A DNA stretch of 64,000 nt from Candidatus Cloacimonadales bacterium (GCA_963662275.1 OY759316.1:2304001-2368000), one strand, 5' to 3'. Numbered from the stretch's first letter, positions 21,334 to 33,078 are shown. The notes: generated by a model not told the origin, from the letters alone. Numbers and translations: made by a program.

Positions 21334-22998
21334 ATGAAACAATCGAGATTCCGTGGCATAGCTATCCTCATATTCATCTTGGCAACCGTATTTTTTATGA
21401 TTCCGAATATCATGCAAATGGTTTCACCGGATTCTGTTAAATACTTGCCTGACTTCTGGGGAAGCAAAAAGCTAAAATTAGGGTTGGACTTGCGTGGTGG
21501 AATGCAAATCCTCCTGGATGTAGACACATCCAAATTACCTGAAAAAGAAAAAGATGGCGCAGTCAAATCTGCGATTGAAGTGATCCGCAACCGTATCGAT
21601 CAATTCGGTGTTGCAGAACCTTCAATTCAACGTGTTGGAACAAGCCGTATCATGGTTCAATTGCCTGGTTTGAAGGAAATTAACAGGGCAAAAGATCTTA
21701 TTGGTAAAACAGCATTGTTGGAATTCAAAATGGTTGCAGAAAGCGACCAGATCAAAAACGTCATGAATGCTATGGATGTTTTCCTCTCTAGCAATATTGA
21801 TCGGTATCGTTATCTGAATAAATATGATGAAAAATCTAAGGAACCCAAGAAATCAGGTAATGCAGCTTCAGATATTCTGAAAAATACTGCTGCTCCTGCT
21901 GACAGCAATAAAGCTCAAATTGATTCTTTACTCGCTGCTGATTCAGGTCATATTTTCACAAATCTAACTGGCACGGGAAAAGAAAACGGAACGGTTTCTT
22001 ATGAAGATGTAGATCTTGTACAAGCTCTATTAAAAGATTCTTTGTTTATCCAGGCAGTACCTTCCGGTTTCCAAATTGCTCTAGGAAAAGAAGACAAAAA
22101 CGATCCGAAAGCAGATCGTGAAATATATGTATTGTTTTCCAATGCCGAAGTGACAGGTAAATATCTGTCAAATGCACAAACAAAGATAGGTTCAGGTTAT
22201 GATCCTAAAACAGCAAATAAACCCTATATCAGTTTTAAATTCAACCGTGAAGGCGCAAAGAAATTTGATCGTCTAACCGGTGATAATATCAAGAAACGCT
22301 TGGCAATTGTACTCGATGGTATCGTTTATGTAGCTCCTACGATTCAAGATCGTATTTCTCGTGGTGAAGGGCAAATCACAGGTAACTTTACACTTGAAGA
22401 AACAAACGACCTTGTTATCGTATTGAAAGCCGGTAATCTTCCAGCTCCTGTCAGTATTGCCGAAGAAAGAACTGTTGGTTCCACTCTTGGTTCTGACAGT
22501 ATAAAGGCTGGAGCAATGGCTACAGGAATGGCATTTTTATTCATCGTATTATTTATGCTTGTATATTACGGTTTTTCCGGATTGTTAGCCGACTTTGCCT
22601 TATTGATCAACATATTCTTCATCATGGCGATGATGTCTATGTTCCAGGCAACCTTAACGTTACCGGGTATTGCAGGTATTATTCTTACATTTGGTATGGC
22701 TGTTGATGCGAATGTGCTTATCTTTGAAAGAATTCGTGAAGAGCTGAAAGCAGGTAAAACAGTCAGAAGTGCTGTTGAATCAGGCTTTAGCCGTGCGATG
22801 GTCACGATCTGGGACTCTAATCTCACGACCTTGATCGCAGCAGCAGTTCTCTATCAATTTGGTACAGGCCCGATTCGGGGCTTTGCTGTTACACTTTCCA
22901 TAGGTATTCTTGGTTCCATGTTCTGTGCTATCGTGATTGTGAAAGCGATCTTCGATAACTTTGTGACTAAGAATAATCCTTCCAAATTGAGCGTTTAG
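21334..22998 (+). CDS. secD: Protein translocase subunit SecD
   Basis: LGLDLRGG, IRNRIDQFGVAEP, GMAVDANVLIFERIREE. Confidence 0.97.
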   Translation: MKQSRFRGIAILIFILATVFFMIPNIMQMVSPDSVKYLPDFWGSKKLKLGLDLRGGMQILLDVDTSKLPEKEKDGAVKSAIEVIRNRIDQFGVAEPSIQRVGTSRIMVQLPGLKEINRAKDLIGKTALLEFKMVAESDQIKNVMNAMDVFLSSNIDRYRYLNKYDEKSKEPKKSGNAASDILKNTAAPADSNKAQIDSLLAADSGHIFTNLTGTGKENGTVSYEDVDLVQALLKDSLFIQAVPSGFQIALGKEDKNDPKADREIYVLFSNAEVTGKYLSNAQTKIGSGYDPKTANKPYISFKFNREGAKKFDRLTGDNIKKRLAIVLDGIVYVAPTIQDRISRGEGQITGNFTLEETNDLVIVLKAGNLPAPVSIAEERTVGSTLGSDSIKAGAMATGMAFLFIVLFMLVYYGFSGLLADFALLINIFFIMAMMSMFQATLTLPGIAGIILTFGMAVDANVLIFERIREELKAGKTVRSAVESGFSRAMVTIWDSNLTTLIAAAVLYQFGTGPIRGFAVTLSIGILGSMFCAIVIVKAIFDNFVTKNNPSKLSV

Positions 22999-23006
22999 GG
23001 GGAAGC

Positions 23007-23963
23007 ATGAAATTATTCGAAAACACAAACGTAAAGTTCATCCAGAACCGTAAGTGGGCATACTTATTATCAAGTATCGTTATTATAGCCGGATTAGTAT
23101 CCTTAGCTGTGAAAGGTGGACCAAGATTCAGCATCGATTTTACCGGTGGTGTTTCTCTTGAACTAAATTTATCACCTATACACCAGGGAACGAAACCGAT
23201 ACATATCGATCAAATACGTAAAGTTCTAAAAGAAAAGGGAGTCCAGGATGCGGAAATCCAGAAAATTGGTGATCCTAATGCGTCAATCTTCCTGATCAAA
23301 GCCAAGAAACGTGATCCAAAAGAAGTTCAGATTGTTGAGATTTTGAAGAAGAACTTCCCTGAATATACGAATAAATCTGAACAAGATTTGATTCGACTAC
23401 AGGAAGAAGTGGGACCCAAAGTCGGTGCAGAATTAAAAGTACAGGCAATCAAGGCAGTTCTAATCTCATTCCTATTAATGATCATCTACATCTGGTTCAG
23501 GTTTGAACTTACCTTTGGTATTGCTGCTGTTTTGGCATTAGTCCACGACATCCTCATCACCGTGGGTATTTTCTCCCTGCTTGACAAAGAGATTAGTGTC
23601 ACTATTATCGCAGCGTTGTTGACCATTGTCGGTTTCTCCATCAACGATACAATCGTTATCTATGATCGTATTCGTGAAGATATGAAGATTTATCGCAAGG
23701 ATACAACTGACATTGTCTTTAATAATGCAATCAACCGTACATTGAGCAGAACAGTCATAACATCAGGAACTGTGTTCTTGTGTATTGTTTCCCTGCTTCT
23801 TTTTGGCGGGTCAGTCATTCGCGACTTCGGTTGGGCAATGCTCATCGGTGTTGTCTCCGGTACTTATTCTTCCGTTCTTGTGGCTAGTCCACTTGTGGTT
23901 GATTACTACCGCATTCGTGGCTTAAAAGACAAAGACATCAAGACCTTCAAGAAAAAGAAATAA
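23007..23963 (+). CDS. secF: Protein translocase subunit SecF
   Basis: IDFTGG, VGPKVGAEL, GFSINDTIVIYDRIRE, TLSRT. Confidence 0.97.
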   Translation: MKLFENTNVKFIQNRKWAYLLSSIVIIAGLVSLAVKGGPRFSIDFTGGVSLELNLSPIHQGTKPIHIDQIRKVLKEKGVQDAEIQKIGDPNASIFLIKAKKRDPKEVQIVEILKKNFPEYTNKSEQDLIRLQEEVGPKVGAELKVQAIKAVLISFLLMIIYIWFRFELTFGIAAVLALVHDILITVGIFSLLDKEISVTIIAALLTIVGFSINDTIVIYDRIREDMKIYRKDTTDIVFNNAINRTLSRTVITSGTVFLCIVSLLLFGGSVIRDFGWAMLIGVVSGTYSSVLVASPLVVDYYRIRGLKDKDIKTFKKKK

Positions 23964-24012
23964 CAAATTCTGACTTGTTCGACTAAAGATTGAACAGGTA
24001 TGGAACGAATAT

Positions 24013-24039
24013 AAACCCCGCTAGCCAGCGGGGTTTTTT
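24013..24039 (+). terminator. Intrinsic terminator after secF
   Basis: AAACCCCGCT-AGCC-AGCGGGGTTTTTT. Confidence 0.85.
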
Positions 24040-24126
24040 CTTTCCCTAAACGGAAGACTATTAATCTCCGCGGATTGTCATAATTCTAACATTGACAAAA
24101 TACTTCGTTCTTGCCTTAAGTGAAGT

Positions 24127-24924
24127 ATGATAAATGAAAGATCTACATTCAAACCTAAGAGAGCTTTCGGTCAGCATTTCCTGACCGATCAGAATATCGT
24201 CCACAAGATTGTTATAGAGTCAGGTGTTAAACCTGGAGATGATGTTTGGGAAGTCGGCGGAGGAAAAGGAATCTTAACAGAAGCTCTACTGCAAACAGGA
24301 TGCCATCTCACAGTTTTTGAAATCGATTACAATTTGCAGGAATACTTGGAACGGACATTTGGTAATCGTATAAACCTTGTTGCAAAGGATGTTTTGAAAG
24401 CAAATTGGGAAACGATGTTTACAAATCATCCTGTTAGCGTAGTAGCCAATATTCCTTATCAAATCACTTCTCCCCTATTGTTCAGGATTGCCAAATATCA
24501 TACTCATTTCGATAAAGTAGTTATCATGATCCAAAAAGAAGTTGCCCAACGCATGGTGGCACATCCGAACACAAAGGATTATGGTATATTGACCTTGAAG
24601 ATGCAGTATTACTTCCATATTGAATTGCTCTTTAAAGTACCTCCTACTGTATTTTCACCACCTCCAAAAGTTGACTCAGCCGTTATATGCATGACCCCAC
24701 GTTTGAATAAACCAGAAATACCGGAGATAGATAAATTCTGGAAACTTGTCGAAATTGCTTTTCAACAGCGACGTAAAATGCTTAGAAATAATGTTAAATA
24801 CTTAGTAACAGAAGAACAGTTCCAACAATTAACCCAAACAACTCCTATTGATCTGCAACGTCGTGGTGAATCACTTGATGAACAAGAGTTTATTCAACTG
24901 TTTCGTGCTATTGAGCTTCTGTAG
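24127..24924 (+). CDS. rsmA: 16S rRNA m6,2A dimethyltransferase
   Basis: GQHFL, VANIPYQITSP, QKEVAQR, FSPPPKVDSAV, QRRKML. Confidence 0.95.
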   Translation: MINERSTFKPKRAFGQHFLTDQNIVHKIVIESGVKPGDDVWEVGGGKGILTEALLQTGCHLTVFEIDYNLQEYLERTFGNRINLVAKDVLKANWETMFTNHPVSVVANIPYQITSPLLFRIAKYHTHFDKVVIMIQKEVAQRMVAHPNTKDYGILTLKMQYYFHIELLFKVPPTVFSPPPKVDSAVICMTPRLNKPEIPEIDKFWKLVEIAFQQRRKMLRNNVKYLVTEEQFQQLTQTTPIDLQRRGESLDEQEFIQLFRAIELL

Positions 24925-26668
24925 CTTTCTAAGTGCATTTAACAGTTTCGAAACTTATTACCACGAATATAATGCTAATCGTACCCTGGAACAGAGATTC
25001 TTTTATGACTTTATCCCTGCTCCGATGTGGATGATATCTCAACGCGGAAGTGTGGAATTCGGTAAGAATGATAAATTCCAGCAACTGGATAAAACCTATC
25101 ACTTAGTATGGTCAGTTACAAAAGCAAACCGATATGTTGACCAGGAATTTCACATGGGTTATGATTACCTCTACAATCGCAGCGCTCCCCTGGATGAGCA
25201 GGGAGTCACACGCATACATAGAAGAACAGCAGGTTATGATGTATTCTGGAAAATAGCGGACAGCCTTACAGTCGATAATGATCTCACTTATCATTACGAG
25301 GGAGAAGAAGATAGATTTCGGATAAGTCATACATTCATCAGTAAAGGATTACAGAATTCGCATGAAATCAATTATAATACAAACATGGGAATCCATAATA
25401 TTTCTCTACAGGCAAGTTACGATCAAACCGCATTGCAGTACCAATGGGGACGAAGGATTGCAGGAAACTGCTCCTGGTTATTTAATACAGAGAAGCAAAA
25501 CTGGACATCCAATTTTTCCTTTAATGATAATGAAGATAAAATTTTTACCTTGATACCTCATGAAAATTCTACATCCATCTATCAGCGTACGGATATACAA
25601 GACAGGAGAGCATATACTGCAAACTTCAATTATGCTCGGAATCTACCTTATGAGATTTCGATGAATCTTATGAACCAGGTTTCATATTTGAAAAATCGAA
25701 TGGATTTTGCGACTACGAAAAACAACTCAGATATGTCAAATTTCGCATCATTAACATTCAGAATGCCATTTTGGACGAATTTTAATTGCTTTATAACAAC
25801 TGAAAGCCAATATGAAAATAAAGAATTCCAACTAACAGCTAATTCCAGGACCATTGAGAATCGGCGAATTCAAAGCGGTGTAAGCTACAATTTTCGTGAT
25901 TCAGATTCACTCTATGCAATCCGAGATGTAGAACTGAATTCAACAGAATATAAAGCTTCCTATGGACTTGATAATGATATAGTAAAAGAATCTTGGCTTT
26001 ACGGCATCGAATCAAATTATAAACACAGAATTATCTGGAGAACTCTATACTCCCAAACATCCTGGAAAGAAGTTTACATTGATAGTGGATTATCCGGAAA
26101 TAATAGCCTAAGAACAAGTTATTACTTACAGCCGGGCATGGATTTCATTGTAGGTGATTGCATACTTTTACAACAGAATTATCAGATCAGGGCAGACTAT
26201 GATAACTTTACTTATAGTCATTTGCTCGATATTAAAGATCGTTTTTATCGTCAGATTATCGCCAGTTATAGAGCGGAATACAATGATTATCCCATCGTCA
26301 GGAGATATAATTTCCAAGCTTGGGAAAAGCTCCCATCCCGACTGATTAATATGAATTTCTTCTCCATTTCTGCTGGGATTCGATACGAGCATAACGAAAC
26401 GGGAGATAAGAATGGTAATATTTATGTAATATCAACTCAAAACAGTAATCTCGCCTTTGATATTACGTTACAGAAATTCTTCAAACACACTGAAGTCAAA
26501 CTGCGTCCTATGTACTCTTTTGGTGATATCCAGGAAATGGATGTATTAATCAGTACAAATTACAATATTCGAAATGATTCGTTTATTAAAATAAGTATCA
26601 ATCCAACCGGAAAACAATGGAGAAAGCTAATTTGGCGTGCCACAGTTGAACTGAGTTATGAGTACTAG
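24878..26668 (+). CDS. Hypothetical outer-membrane protein
   Basis: Signal-like N terminus from ATG 24878 (overlaps the rsmA 3' end); aromatic beta-strand pattern. Confidence 0.55.
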   Translation: MNKSLFNCFVLLSFCSFLSAFNSFETYYHEYNANRTLEQRFFYDFIPAPMWMISQRGSVEFGKNDKFQQLDKTYHLVWSVTKANRYVDQEFHMGYDYLYNRSAPLDEQGVTRIHRRTAGYDVFWKIADSLTVDNDLTYHYEGEEDRFRISHTFISKGLQNSHEINYNTNMGIHNISLQASYDQTALQYQWGRRIAGNCSWLFNTEKQNWTSNFSFNDNEDKIFTLIPHENSTSIYQRTDIQDRRAYTANFNYARNLPYEISMNLMNQVSYLKNRMDFATTKNNSDMSNFASLTFRMPFWTNFNCFITTESQYENKEFQLTANSRTIENRRIQSGVSYNFRDSDSLYAIRDVELNSTEYKASYGLDNDIVKESWLYGIESNYKHRIIWRTLYSQTSWKEVYIDSGLSGNNSLRTSYYLQPGMDFIVGDCILLQQNYQIRADYDNFTYSHLLDIKDRFYRQIIASYRAEYNDYPIVRRYNFQAWEKLPSRLINMNFFSISAGIRYEHNETGDKNGNIYVISTQNSNLAFDITLQKFFKHTEVKLRPMYSFGDIQEMDVLISTNYNIRNDSFIKISINPTGKQWRKLIWRATVELSYEY

Positions 26669-26685
26669 GGGAAAGGGGGTAGTCC

Positions 26686-27393
26686 CTACTCCCTACTGCC
26701 CACCTCCCATGGCTTCAGCAGGTAATGCTTCAATACTCTTTTCTTCAAACCCTTGAGATTCTCCTGTATTTTATCATTATATTCATCAAGAACACAATAT
26801 TCCTGAAAAGGAAGATTCAGCAAATTCGCAGTTTCCCTAATAACATCAATACCTTCAACGACAATCATTTCATCAGTAAATTCCATCAGATTTGTATTCG
26901 ATACTAATTGCGTTACTTTCAGCTTGGATGTGAATTCCAGATTGGTTAGCATCTGGATAATCTCTGGTGGTTGTGCTGTGAAAGGTCTTCGAGTATTAAT
27001 GACCAAACGCATCTGATAACCCCGATTAACAATCTCCTTCTCAAATCTGCCTAACGCTCTGCAACCCGCAGGATCGCCACCAACATCAAGTATGACTGTC
27101 TTGTTAGTGTTTTGAATTGCGCCTTTAATTTTAGGGGAAATCATTGGTACATCTGCATGACCATAGACACCTTCAGGGCTGATGACTTCTATGCCGATTT
27201 GAGCAAATTGCTCTTTCACATCACGACTGCGAAAGTAAGGGTTAACTACATCCAAATCGACAAGAACGACATCCAGACCTACCTGCTTGAAATCATAGGC
27301 AAGATTGATTGAGTATTCGCTTTTTCCGCTACCGAATGCTCCAATAACGATATAGAGATTTTGCTGTAATTCTGTGTTCAAATTAAACCTCAA
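26686..27393 (-). CDS. P-loop ATP-binding protein (MinD/CobQ-like hypothetical)
   Basis: GAFGSGKSE, DLDVVNPYFRSR, DVGGD. Confidence 0.75.
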   Translation of the reverse strand: MRFNLNTELQQNLYIVIGAFGSGKSEYSINLAYDFKQVGLDVVLVDLDVVNPYFRSRDVKEQFAQIGIEVISPEGVYGHADVPMISPKIKGAIQNTNKTVILDVGGDPAGCRALGRFEKEIVNRGYQMRLVINTRRPFTAQPPEIIQMLTNLEFTSKLKVTQLVSNTNLMEFTDEMIVVEGIDVIRETANLLNLPFQEYCVLDEYNDKIQENLKGLKKRVLKHYLLKPWEVGSRE

Positions 27394-28051
27394 ATTCTGT
27401 TTGTATTAGATATTTTATCTTTTGGAAATGATCTGTATAATAATCCGCTTGTTCACATATCTGGTCATATTCTTTCCTTGAGAATTCATCTTTGATAGCA
27501 ACTACTTGCATACCCGCTGCTTTTCCTGCCTGGACTCCCTGGAGAGAATCTTCTATCACAAGACACTTCCCAGGTTCAATTCCCAGCATTTGTGCTGTTT
27601 TCAGATAAATATCCGGAAACGGCTTTCCATGTTCAACTTCGGAACCGGTTACAATATATTGAAAATATGGTAATAACTGATGTCTACCCAAGACACTTTC
27701 TGTCAGGAAAATTGAATTGCTGGTACCAATTGCCATCGGGATGGATTTATCCTGTAAGTATTGAAGTAAGTCAGCTACTCCATCTTTCACAGGGATATGA
27801 TGTAAGTAATATTCAACAACCTGTTCCGTCCATTCTTTCATGATTTCTTCGATTGTATCTGTCAGTTGAAAGCGATCCTTGAAATGCTGGGCAAGTCCTT
27901 GAAAATTGTTCCCGGTACTCATATCTTCAAATAGATCAGCAGGAACATCAATATTACGCCTTCCTAGAAAGACTTTATCCACATCTTCCCATATTCCCAT
28001 GGAGTCAATGAGAGTTCCATCCAAATCAAAAATAACAGCTTCTATTTTCAT
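27383..28051 (-). CDS. HAD-superfamily phosphatase
   Basis: FDLDGTLIDS, KPFPDIY, IEDS. Confidence 0.9.
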   Translation of the reverse strand: MKIEAVIFDLDGTLIDSMGIWEDVDKVFLGRRNIDVPADLFEDMSTGNNFQGLAQHFKDRFQLTDTIEEIMKEWTEQVVEYYLHHIPVKDGVADLLQYLQDKSIPMAIGTSNSIFLTESVLGRHQLLPYFQYIVTGSEVEHGKPFPDIYLKTAQMLGIEPGKCLVIEDSLQGVQAGKAAGMQVVAIKDEFSRKEYDQICEQADYYTDHFQKIKYLIQTEFEV

Positions 28052-28386
28052 AAATTACCTCATATTCAACATTTTATCAATCATGCTCCTCGTCAATGAA
28101 TAAACATTTGAAGAAGCTTGGTTGGTAACGAAAAAAGGAATCGGTAACACAATTGCTTTAAAATGATATTCAGAGATTTGATAATGCGTTAGTAGCATCT
28201 GCTCATAGATTATCTTTATTTCATTATCCACCAAATATCTAAATCTAACCTGTCCACCAAAATCCTGATTTTTGATCACTAGTATAATAGATCTTCGTGT
28301 GTCCGGAAACTGGAATGTCAAATATAATAGGACATCTGTATGATGACCCTGGTATTTCTAACAAAATTTGTACAATAGGAGATCAA

Positions 28387-31300
28387 ATGAAAAGAATCTT
28401 TTTCCTTATGTTGATTGTATCCTTAGGTTTTTCTGCTTATGCCATATCTCATTTTACACCTGTTTCAGAAAGAGAAGATATATTAAGCAAATACCACATA
28501 ATCGTTACTGCAGTTGATAGTACTGGCAATATTTATGCGAATTCTCGTTATTCAAATGCAAGCGTATATTTCGATGTTCCTAAGTATGCTTTAGATATCG
28601 ACGGATATGATGCCACTTCTTTCAAAATTTGTTGGAACGAACAAGATACTTGGAGCGATTCCTTTTATTTTAATTTACAGGATTCATTATCTGTTGTTTT
28701 TCTATCGCATTTTTATCGCGAAGTATCTTCTAATACACCTGAGCTTCATTATATCAGTTTACAAGTGGCTTATATTCCCAATGAGGAAAAAATCCCTGAG
28801 CATGAACCAGTTACTTATTATTTCAAGATTTATCTTACGTGTAATCCTGATCTGATTTTGTCAGATAATACTGGAAGAGATTTACTGCCACCAAACATAA
28901 TTTCTTTATACATGAGCAGCATAAATTATTTTCGCCGCACACCAGTAATTTTCATTAATGGATGTAATTTCTGGGATACTTTTGACCCGGAAGATACCGC
29001 TAATAGTAGTATTGTCTTTGAACCTTTAGACATCATGGCACATGATAATTTCCCTATTGATAATTGTCATTCGTTTATACCAAATGGTAGTAATCCTACA
29101 ACAGCAGTCGATTATTTCAGCTTTAATTATTCATGTTCAACTAATCAGATTGAGGATAATGCTGCTATCTTTGAACAAGCTCTAAGCGATATCGCAGGAT
29201 ATTATGCGGAATATTATCCCACTTCAATCATTGAAGGTTTTAATGTAGTTGGATTTTCCTTGGGTGGTTTGGTTGGTCGATATGCCTTAGCAGAATTGGA
29301 GGATCAAGGTTTACCAACATATACACGAACATTCATTTCTTATGATTCCCCGCAAAGAGGAGCTCAACTCAATCTGAATCTAATGACTTCACAATCAATA
29401 CGATTCCCATTATTTTCAGATTTTACAGTCGCAAAATCTCAGTTGCATGACTTAGTAAGAGACATGTTGAAAAAAGATGTTCTGAAACAGATAGTTCGCT
29501 CAAACCCATATGCTGATTATGATTATCAGAATGGATACAGTTGGGGAAATCCTAAGATCAATTATTTCACACCTAGCCGTGAATATCTGAAATTTTATGG
29601 AAAGCTGAACGAACCAGATAGGTTACTGGAAAACGCTAAACTACCATCAGAACCAATAACTCATCTTCTTAATGGTAATGGTTATCCCCATTCCCAAAAT
29701 AATATTTTGAACTATGGAATTGCAAATGGAATTACATCAGTTAATACAACGCATAATAACTTTCTTGATACCCAAACTTATGGGGTGGCATATGGTGATT
29801 TGCTCGGAACTCACTTCCAGAATACTCTAAATGGTGAAATAAACAAATCTGATGTGGATGGTTATCCTGGTTCGAAACCAGGTCCTATATCAGCGACACT
29901 TGGAGGCTTGCCAATTTTCTTAGGATATGATGATGGATTCCATAAAGTAATGCATATAACAGATGTTATAGGAGGCATTCATTTTTGGGCAGATGCAAAG
30001 ATTAAGCTTGAATATGCCCCAACCATTGTTCCGTTATATTCTTCCTTAGGCTTTCGTTATGAACCATATGATCAGATTAATGACATTAATGATGATAATG
30101 CATCAAATCCTACAGGTTATACCAGGCAAACGGATTTTAATGAAATACTGATTCAGAGTTGTGCTATAGCAGAGAATCATGGTGATTTAAATGAAGGAAC
30201 AAAAAACTGGATGTGGACAAAAATGTATTGGCGTGATGATCGTCATATAGGAAATATATCAGGGTCAATAACTTGCCCGACACTTGGGCAAGTCCCTTTG
30301 TATGCCCGACTTTTTCAGCCTGGTGTGGCTAATGTGGATTGGGGAATTGTCCCTATCGATTCTAGTGGTCATTTTTGTTTTAATGAGAGAAATTATGAAA
30401 TTTCAAATAGCCTCTACGAATTACGCATTGAAGGTGAAGGACTGGCAACTAAAATCTATCATGTTTCAAGCAGCTATCAACCAAATGGTGATAGAGTGTT
30501 AGCCCAAGTTTCTTACCAAATGGACATAGATACTGTTTGTACACATTTCTTGACTGTAGCTCCCAGCGGTGCTGATTATACAACGATTCAAGCTGCTGTT
30601 AATTACGCGCAAACTACAATTCGAGAAAACACACAAATCACAGTTTCTTTGGGAACATATGCTGCATTTGCGATAAATCCTCAAGTATCCAATCAGATAA
30701 TCAAAATAGTTGGTACAACCGGGTCAAATAATGCAATGTCTACTGTACAGGGTGCCTTAAATGCAAATTATCTTGTTAGTATTTCCGGCTTGAATAGAAA
30801 TACAATTATTCTTGAAAAAATACACTTTGAAAATGCTGTATGCGCGATTGCAGAATATGAAGGTTTGCCGAAAAACATCATAGTCGATCATTGTCTCTTT
30901 TTACATCAAAGTGATTATTCTATATTTACTTGTTCACCAACAATCGTGAAGAACTCTACGTTTAACCTGGGAAATGCTGATCTTACTCCTTCAGCAGGAG
31001 CAATTTGTACACTAGGTTATAGCGGGATTACAGGATTGGACTTAACACTTTACCCAAAAAATGTAATTCAAAACTGTATTTTTACTGGCAATCATTACGA
31101 TCATATTGTAAAAATTGGTTACTTAATGTCCGACCATGAGACTGACGGTACCAGACCACTCTTAAGTGCTGAAATTACAGGTAATTCATTCATTACTTCA
31201 GCGATTCATACACAAAATAGTCCTACTGTCTGCATCAATTGTATCCAGATAGCATCCGTGAAGCATGTTATCATTGAAGATAATATCATGTATAATACTA

Positions 31301-33078
31301 ATGATGAGAATACCTCTGGCTATAATCTTTGTGTTTTTAATCCATATGACTGGAATGATCCTTACACTTCCAATTGCTTGAGAATCATGAGTAATACAAT
31401 TTGGTATGCAAATGATGCCAATGGTAACGCACAAAACAATTTATCAGGAATCTATCTTTACGAATGCTTCGATAATACTCAGATCAAGAACAATGTGATC
31501 GCAAATATGGAAGATTATGGTATTGATTCATATTCTGATCTCACTAGTCCAGATTTTAATCTTAAATATAATGATATCTATCATTGTACTACAAACCTGG
31601 GAGGAATCTATACTAACAATCCGTTTTGGGCTGCCAATCATCTGATCAGTGTTGACCCAAAACTGAACCCCGCAACTGCTTCTCTAAATCCCTGTATGCC
31701 AAAATGGGATGCTGCTGTTCGCAGTCCCCTGATTGACAGCGGGGATCCAAATCTGACTGTACATGATTTGCACCCCGAACAGACAAGTACTGCTATCGTG
31801 AAAGACACCGATAATACTCCCCTTGATATTGGCGCAAAACCTAGTATTATAGCGCATATATATGAAAATTGGTCACTTCCTTACTCTACATCCAATTCCG
31901 GCTGGAATTGGAGAGGCTTACCTGTGATGGATATTTTGTATGTCCAGGGAAAGACAGTCAATGATGTATTTAATCCTGCTAATGAGGCATTTTCTAGTAT
32001 ACAATATCCAGGTCCAAATAATATATTTAATAACAACGGAGTTTGGTCAAACCCAAGTTATCAACTCTCACGTACAATGGGATATAAAGTTAAATGCGAC
32101 GCCAGTACAAATCTTCCAATTAGTGGGTCACGTATTGCGCCATATACAACAATTAATTTAAATTCTAACCAATACATTAATAATGGTGAAAACTGGCTCA
32201 GTTACTGGCTGCCAAACAGCCAAAACCCGGTTACAGCACTTGGTTCTTATGCATCCAATATTACTATGATCAAAACGCAATATTGGACAATCGCTAAAAG
32301 AAATGGAATTTGGCAAATGCCGGCAAGGAAAGTGACGTTGAATTATGGTGATATGGTAATCCTGAAATGCACGTCTGATATTACGGGTTTTACCTGGCAT
32401 GACCATAATGCTCTGCCCCCTATTACACCTCCAAAACCCGTAAAAATCGCTTATACAGAGAAAGAAGATTATATTCCCATGTTCCTGGATTTAACTGCCC
32501 TTCAAGACAGCCTTCCGGAAGAAATAGGAATTATGTTCGGTGAAGAATGTAAAGGGGCTGTTGTAGTGGACAGTATAAATGTTCAGTTATGCGCCTATAT
32601 CACAGACTTGACGGAAGAAGAAGCAGCAAGCCTGACTTTTGTGATGGAGTATGGAACAAAAGCTCCTCTCAGGACTTGCAGCTCTTATTCTATTTTAGCT
32701 GAAGATACAAAATGGATAACACCAAAGACTTCCATACTGAATCTCGATGGAGTCTGGCTAAAGATTGGAGGTTCTTCAGGAGCAACACCACCAGCGATAT
32801 TAGCGTTGCATTTGTATCAAAACTCACCTAATCCTTTCTCAACCCAAACTGTCATCAATTATGACCTGTCTCAGAAAGGCATAGTGAAGATCAATATCTA
32901 CAATATACGTGGTCAGTTGGTGAAGAGTTATGTGAATAATGCTGATAAATCAGGTAAATACCAGGTTGCCTGGGATGGAAAGGATAAGAATAAACTTGCC
33001 TGTTCCAGCGGAATATACTTCTGTTGTCTGGAATCACAGGGACAAAGAATCACTAAGAAAATGCTGTTATTAAAGTAG
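28387..33078 (+). CDS. Large secreted multidomain protein: alpha/beta-hydrolase, right-handed beta-helix, FlgD-Ig/T9SS-like C-terminal domain
   Basis: Signal peptide from ATG 28387 (RBS AGGAG); GFSLGG nucleophile elbow and DSPQRGA; YTTIQAAV beta-helix start; QNSPNPF C-terminal domain. Confidence 0.7.
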   Translation: MKRIFFLMLIVSLGFSAYAISHFTPVSEREDILSKYHIIVTAVDSTGNIYANSRYSNASVYFDVPKYALDIDGYDATSFKICWNEQDTWSDSFYFNLQDSLSVVFLSHFYREVSSNTPELHYISLQVAYIPNEEKIPEHEPVTYYFKIYLTCNPDLILSDNTGRDLLPPNIISLYMSSINYFRRTPVIFINGCNFWDTFDPEDTANSSIVFEPLDIMAHDNFPIDNCHSFIPNGSNPTTAVDYFSFNYSCSTNQIEDNAAIFEQALSDIAGYYAEYYPTSIIEGFNVVGFSLGGLVGRYALAELEDQGLPTYTRTFISYDSPQRGAQLNLNLMTSQSIRFPLFSDFTVAKSQLHDLVRDMLKKDVLKQIVRSNPYADYDYQNGYSWGNPKINYFTPSREYLKFYGKLNEPDRLLENAKLPSEPITHLLNGNGYPHSQNNILNYGIANGITSVNTTHNNFLDTQTYGVAYGDLLGTHFQNTLNGEINKSDVDGYPGSKPGPISATLGGLPIFLGYDDGFHKVMHITDVIGGIHFWADAKIKLEYAPTIVPLYSSLGFRYEPYDQINDINDDNASNPTGYTRQTDFNEILIQSCAIAENHGDLNEGTKNWMWTKMYWRDDRHIGNISGSITCPTLGQVPLYARLFQPGVANVDWGIVPIDSSGHFCFNERNYEISNSLYELRIEGEGLATKIYHVSSSYQPNGDRVLAQVSYQMDIDTVCTHFLTVAPSGADYTTIQAAVNYAQTTIRENTQITVSLGTYAAFAINPQVSNQIIKIVGTTGSNNAMSTVQGALNANYLVSISGLNRNTIILEKIHFENAVCAIAEYEGLPKNIIVDHCLFLHQSDYSIFTCSPTIVKNSTFNLGNADLTPSAGAICTLGYSGITGLDLTLYPKNVIQNCIFTGNHYDHIVKIGYLMSDHETDGTRPLLSAEITGNSFITSAIHTQNSPTVCINCIQIASVKHVIIEDNIMYNTNDENTSGYNLCVFNPYDWNDPYTSNCLRIMSNTIWYANDANGNAQNNLSGIYLYECFDNTQIKNNVIANMEDYGIDSYSDLTSPDFNLKYNDIYHCTTNLGGIYTNNPFWAANHLISVDPKLNPATASLNPCMPKWDAAVRSPLIDSGDPNLTVHDLHPEQTSTAIVKDTDNTPLDIGAKPSIIAHIYENWSLPYSTSNSGWNWRGLPVMDILYVQGKTVNDVFNPANEAFSSIQYPGPNNIFNNNGVWSNPSYQLSRTMGYKVKCDASTNLPISGSRIAPYTTINLNSNQYINNGENWLSYWLPNSQNPVTALGSYASNITMIKTQYWTIAKRNGIWQMPARKVTLNYGDMVILKCTSDITGFTWHDHNALPPITPPKPVKIAYTEKEDYIPMFLDLTALQDSLPEEIGIMFGEECKGAVVVDSINVQLCAYITDLTEEEAASLTFVMEYGTKAPLRTCSSYSILAEDTKWITPKTSILNLDGVWLKIGGSSGATPPAILALHLYQNSPNPFSTQTVINYDLSQKGIVKINIYNIRGQLVKSYVNNADKSGKYQVAWDGKDKNKLACSSGIYFCCLESQGQRITKKMLLLK

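Noticed and set aside
28055..28321. 88-aa minus-strand ORF
   Set aside because: No motifs; overlaps the likely divergent promoter region
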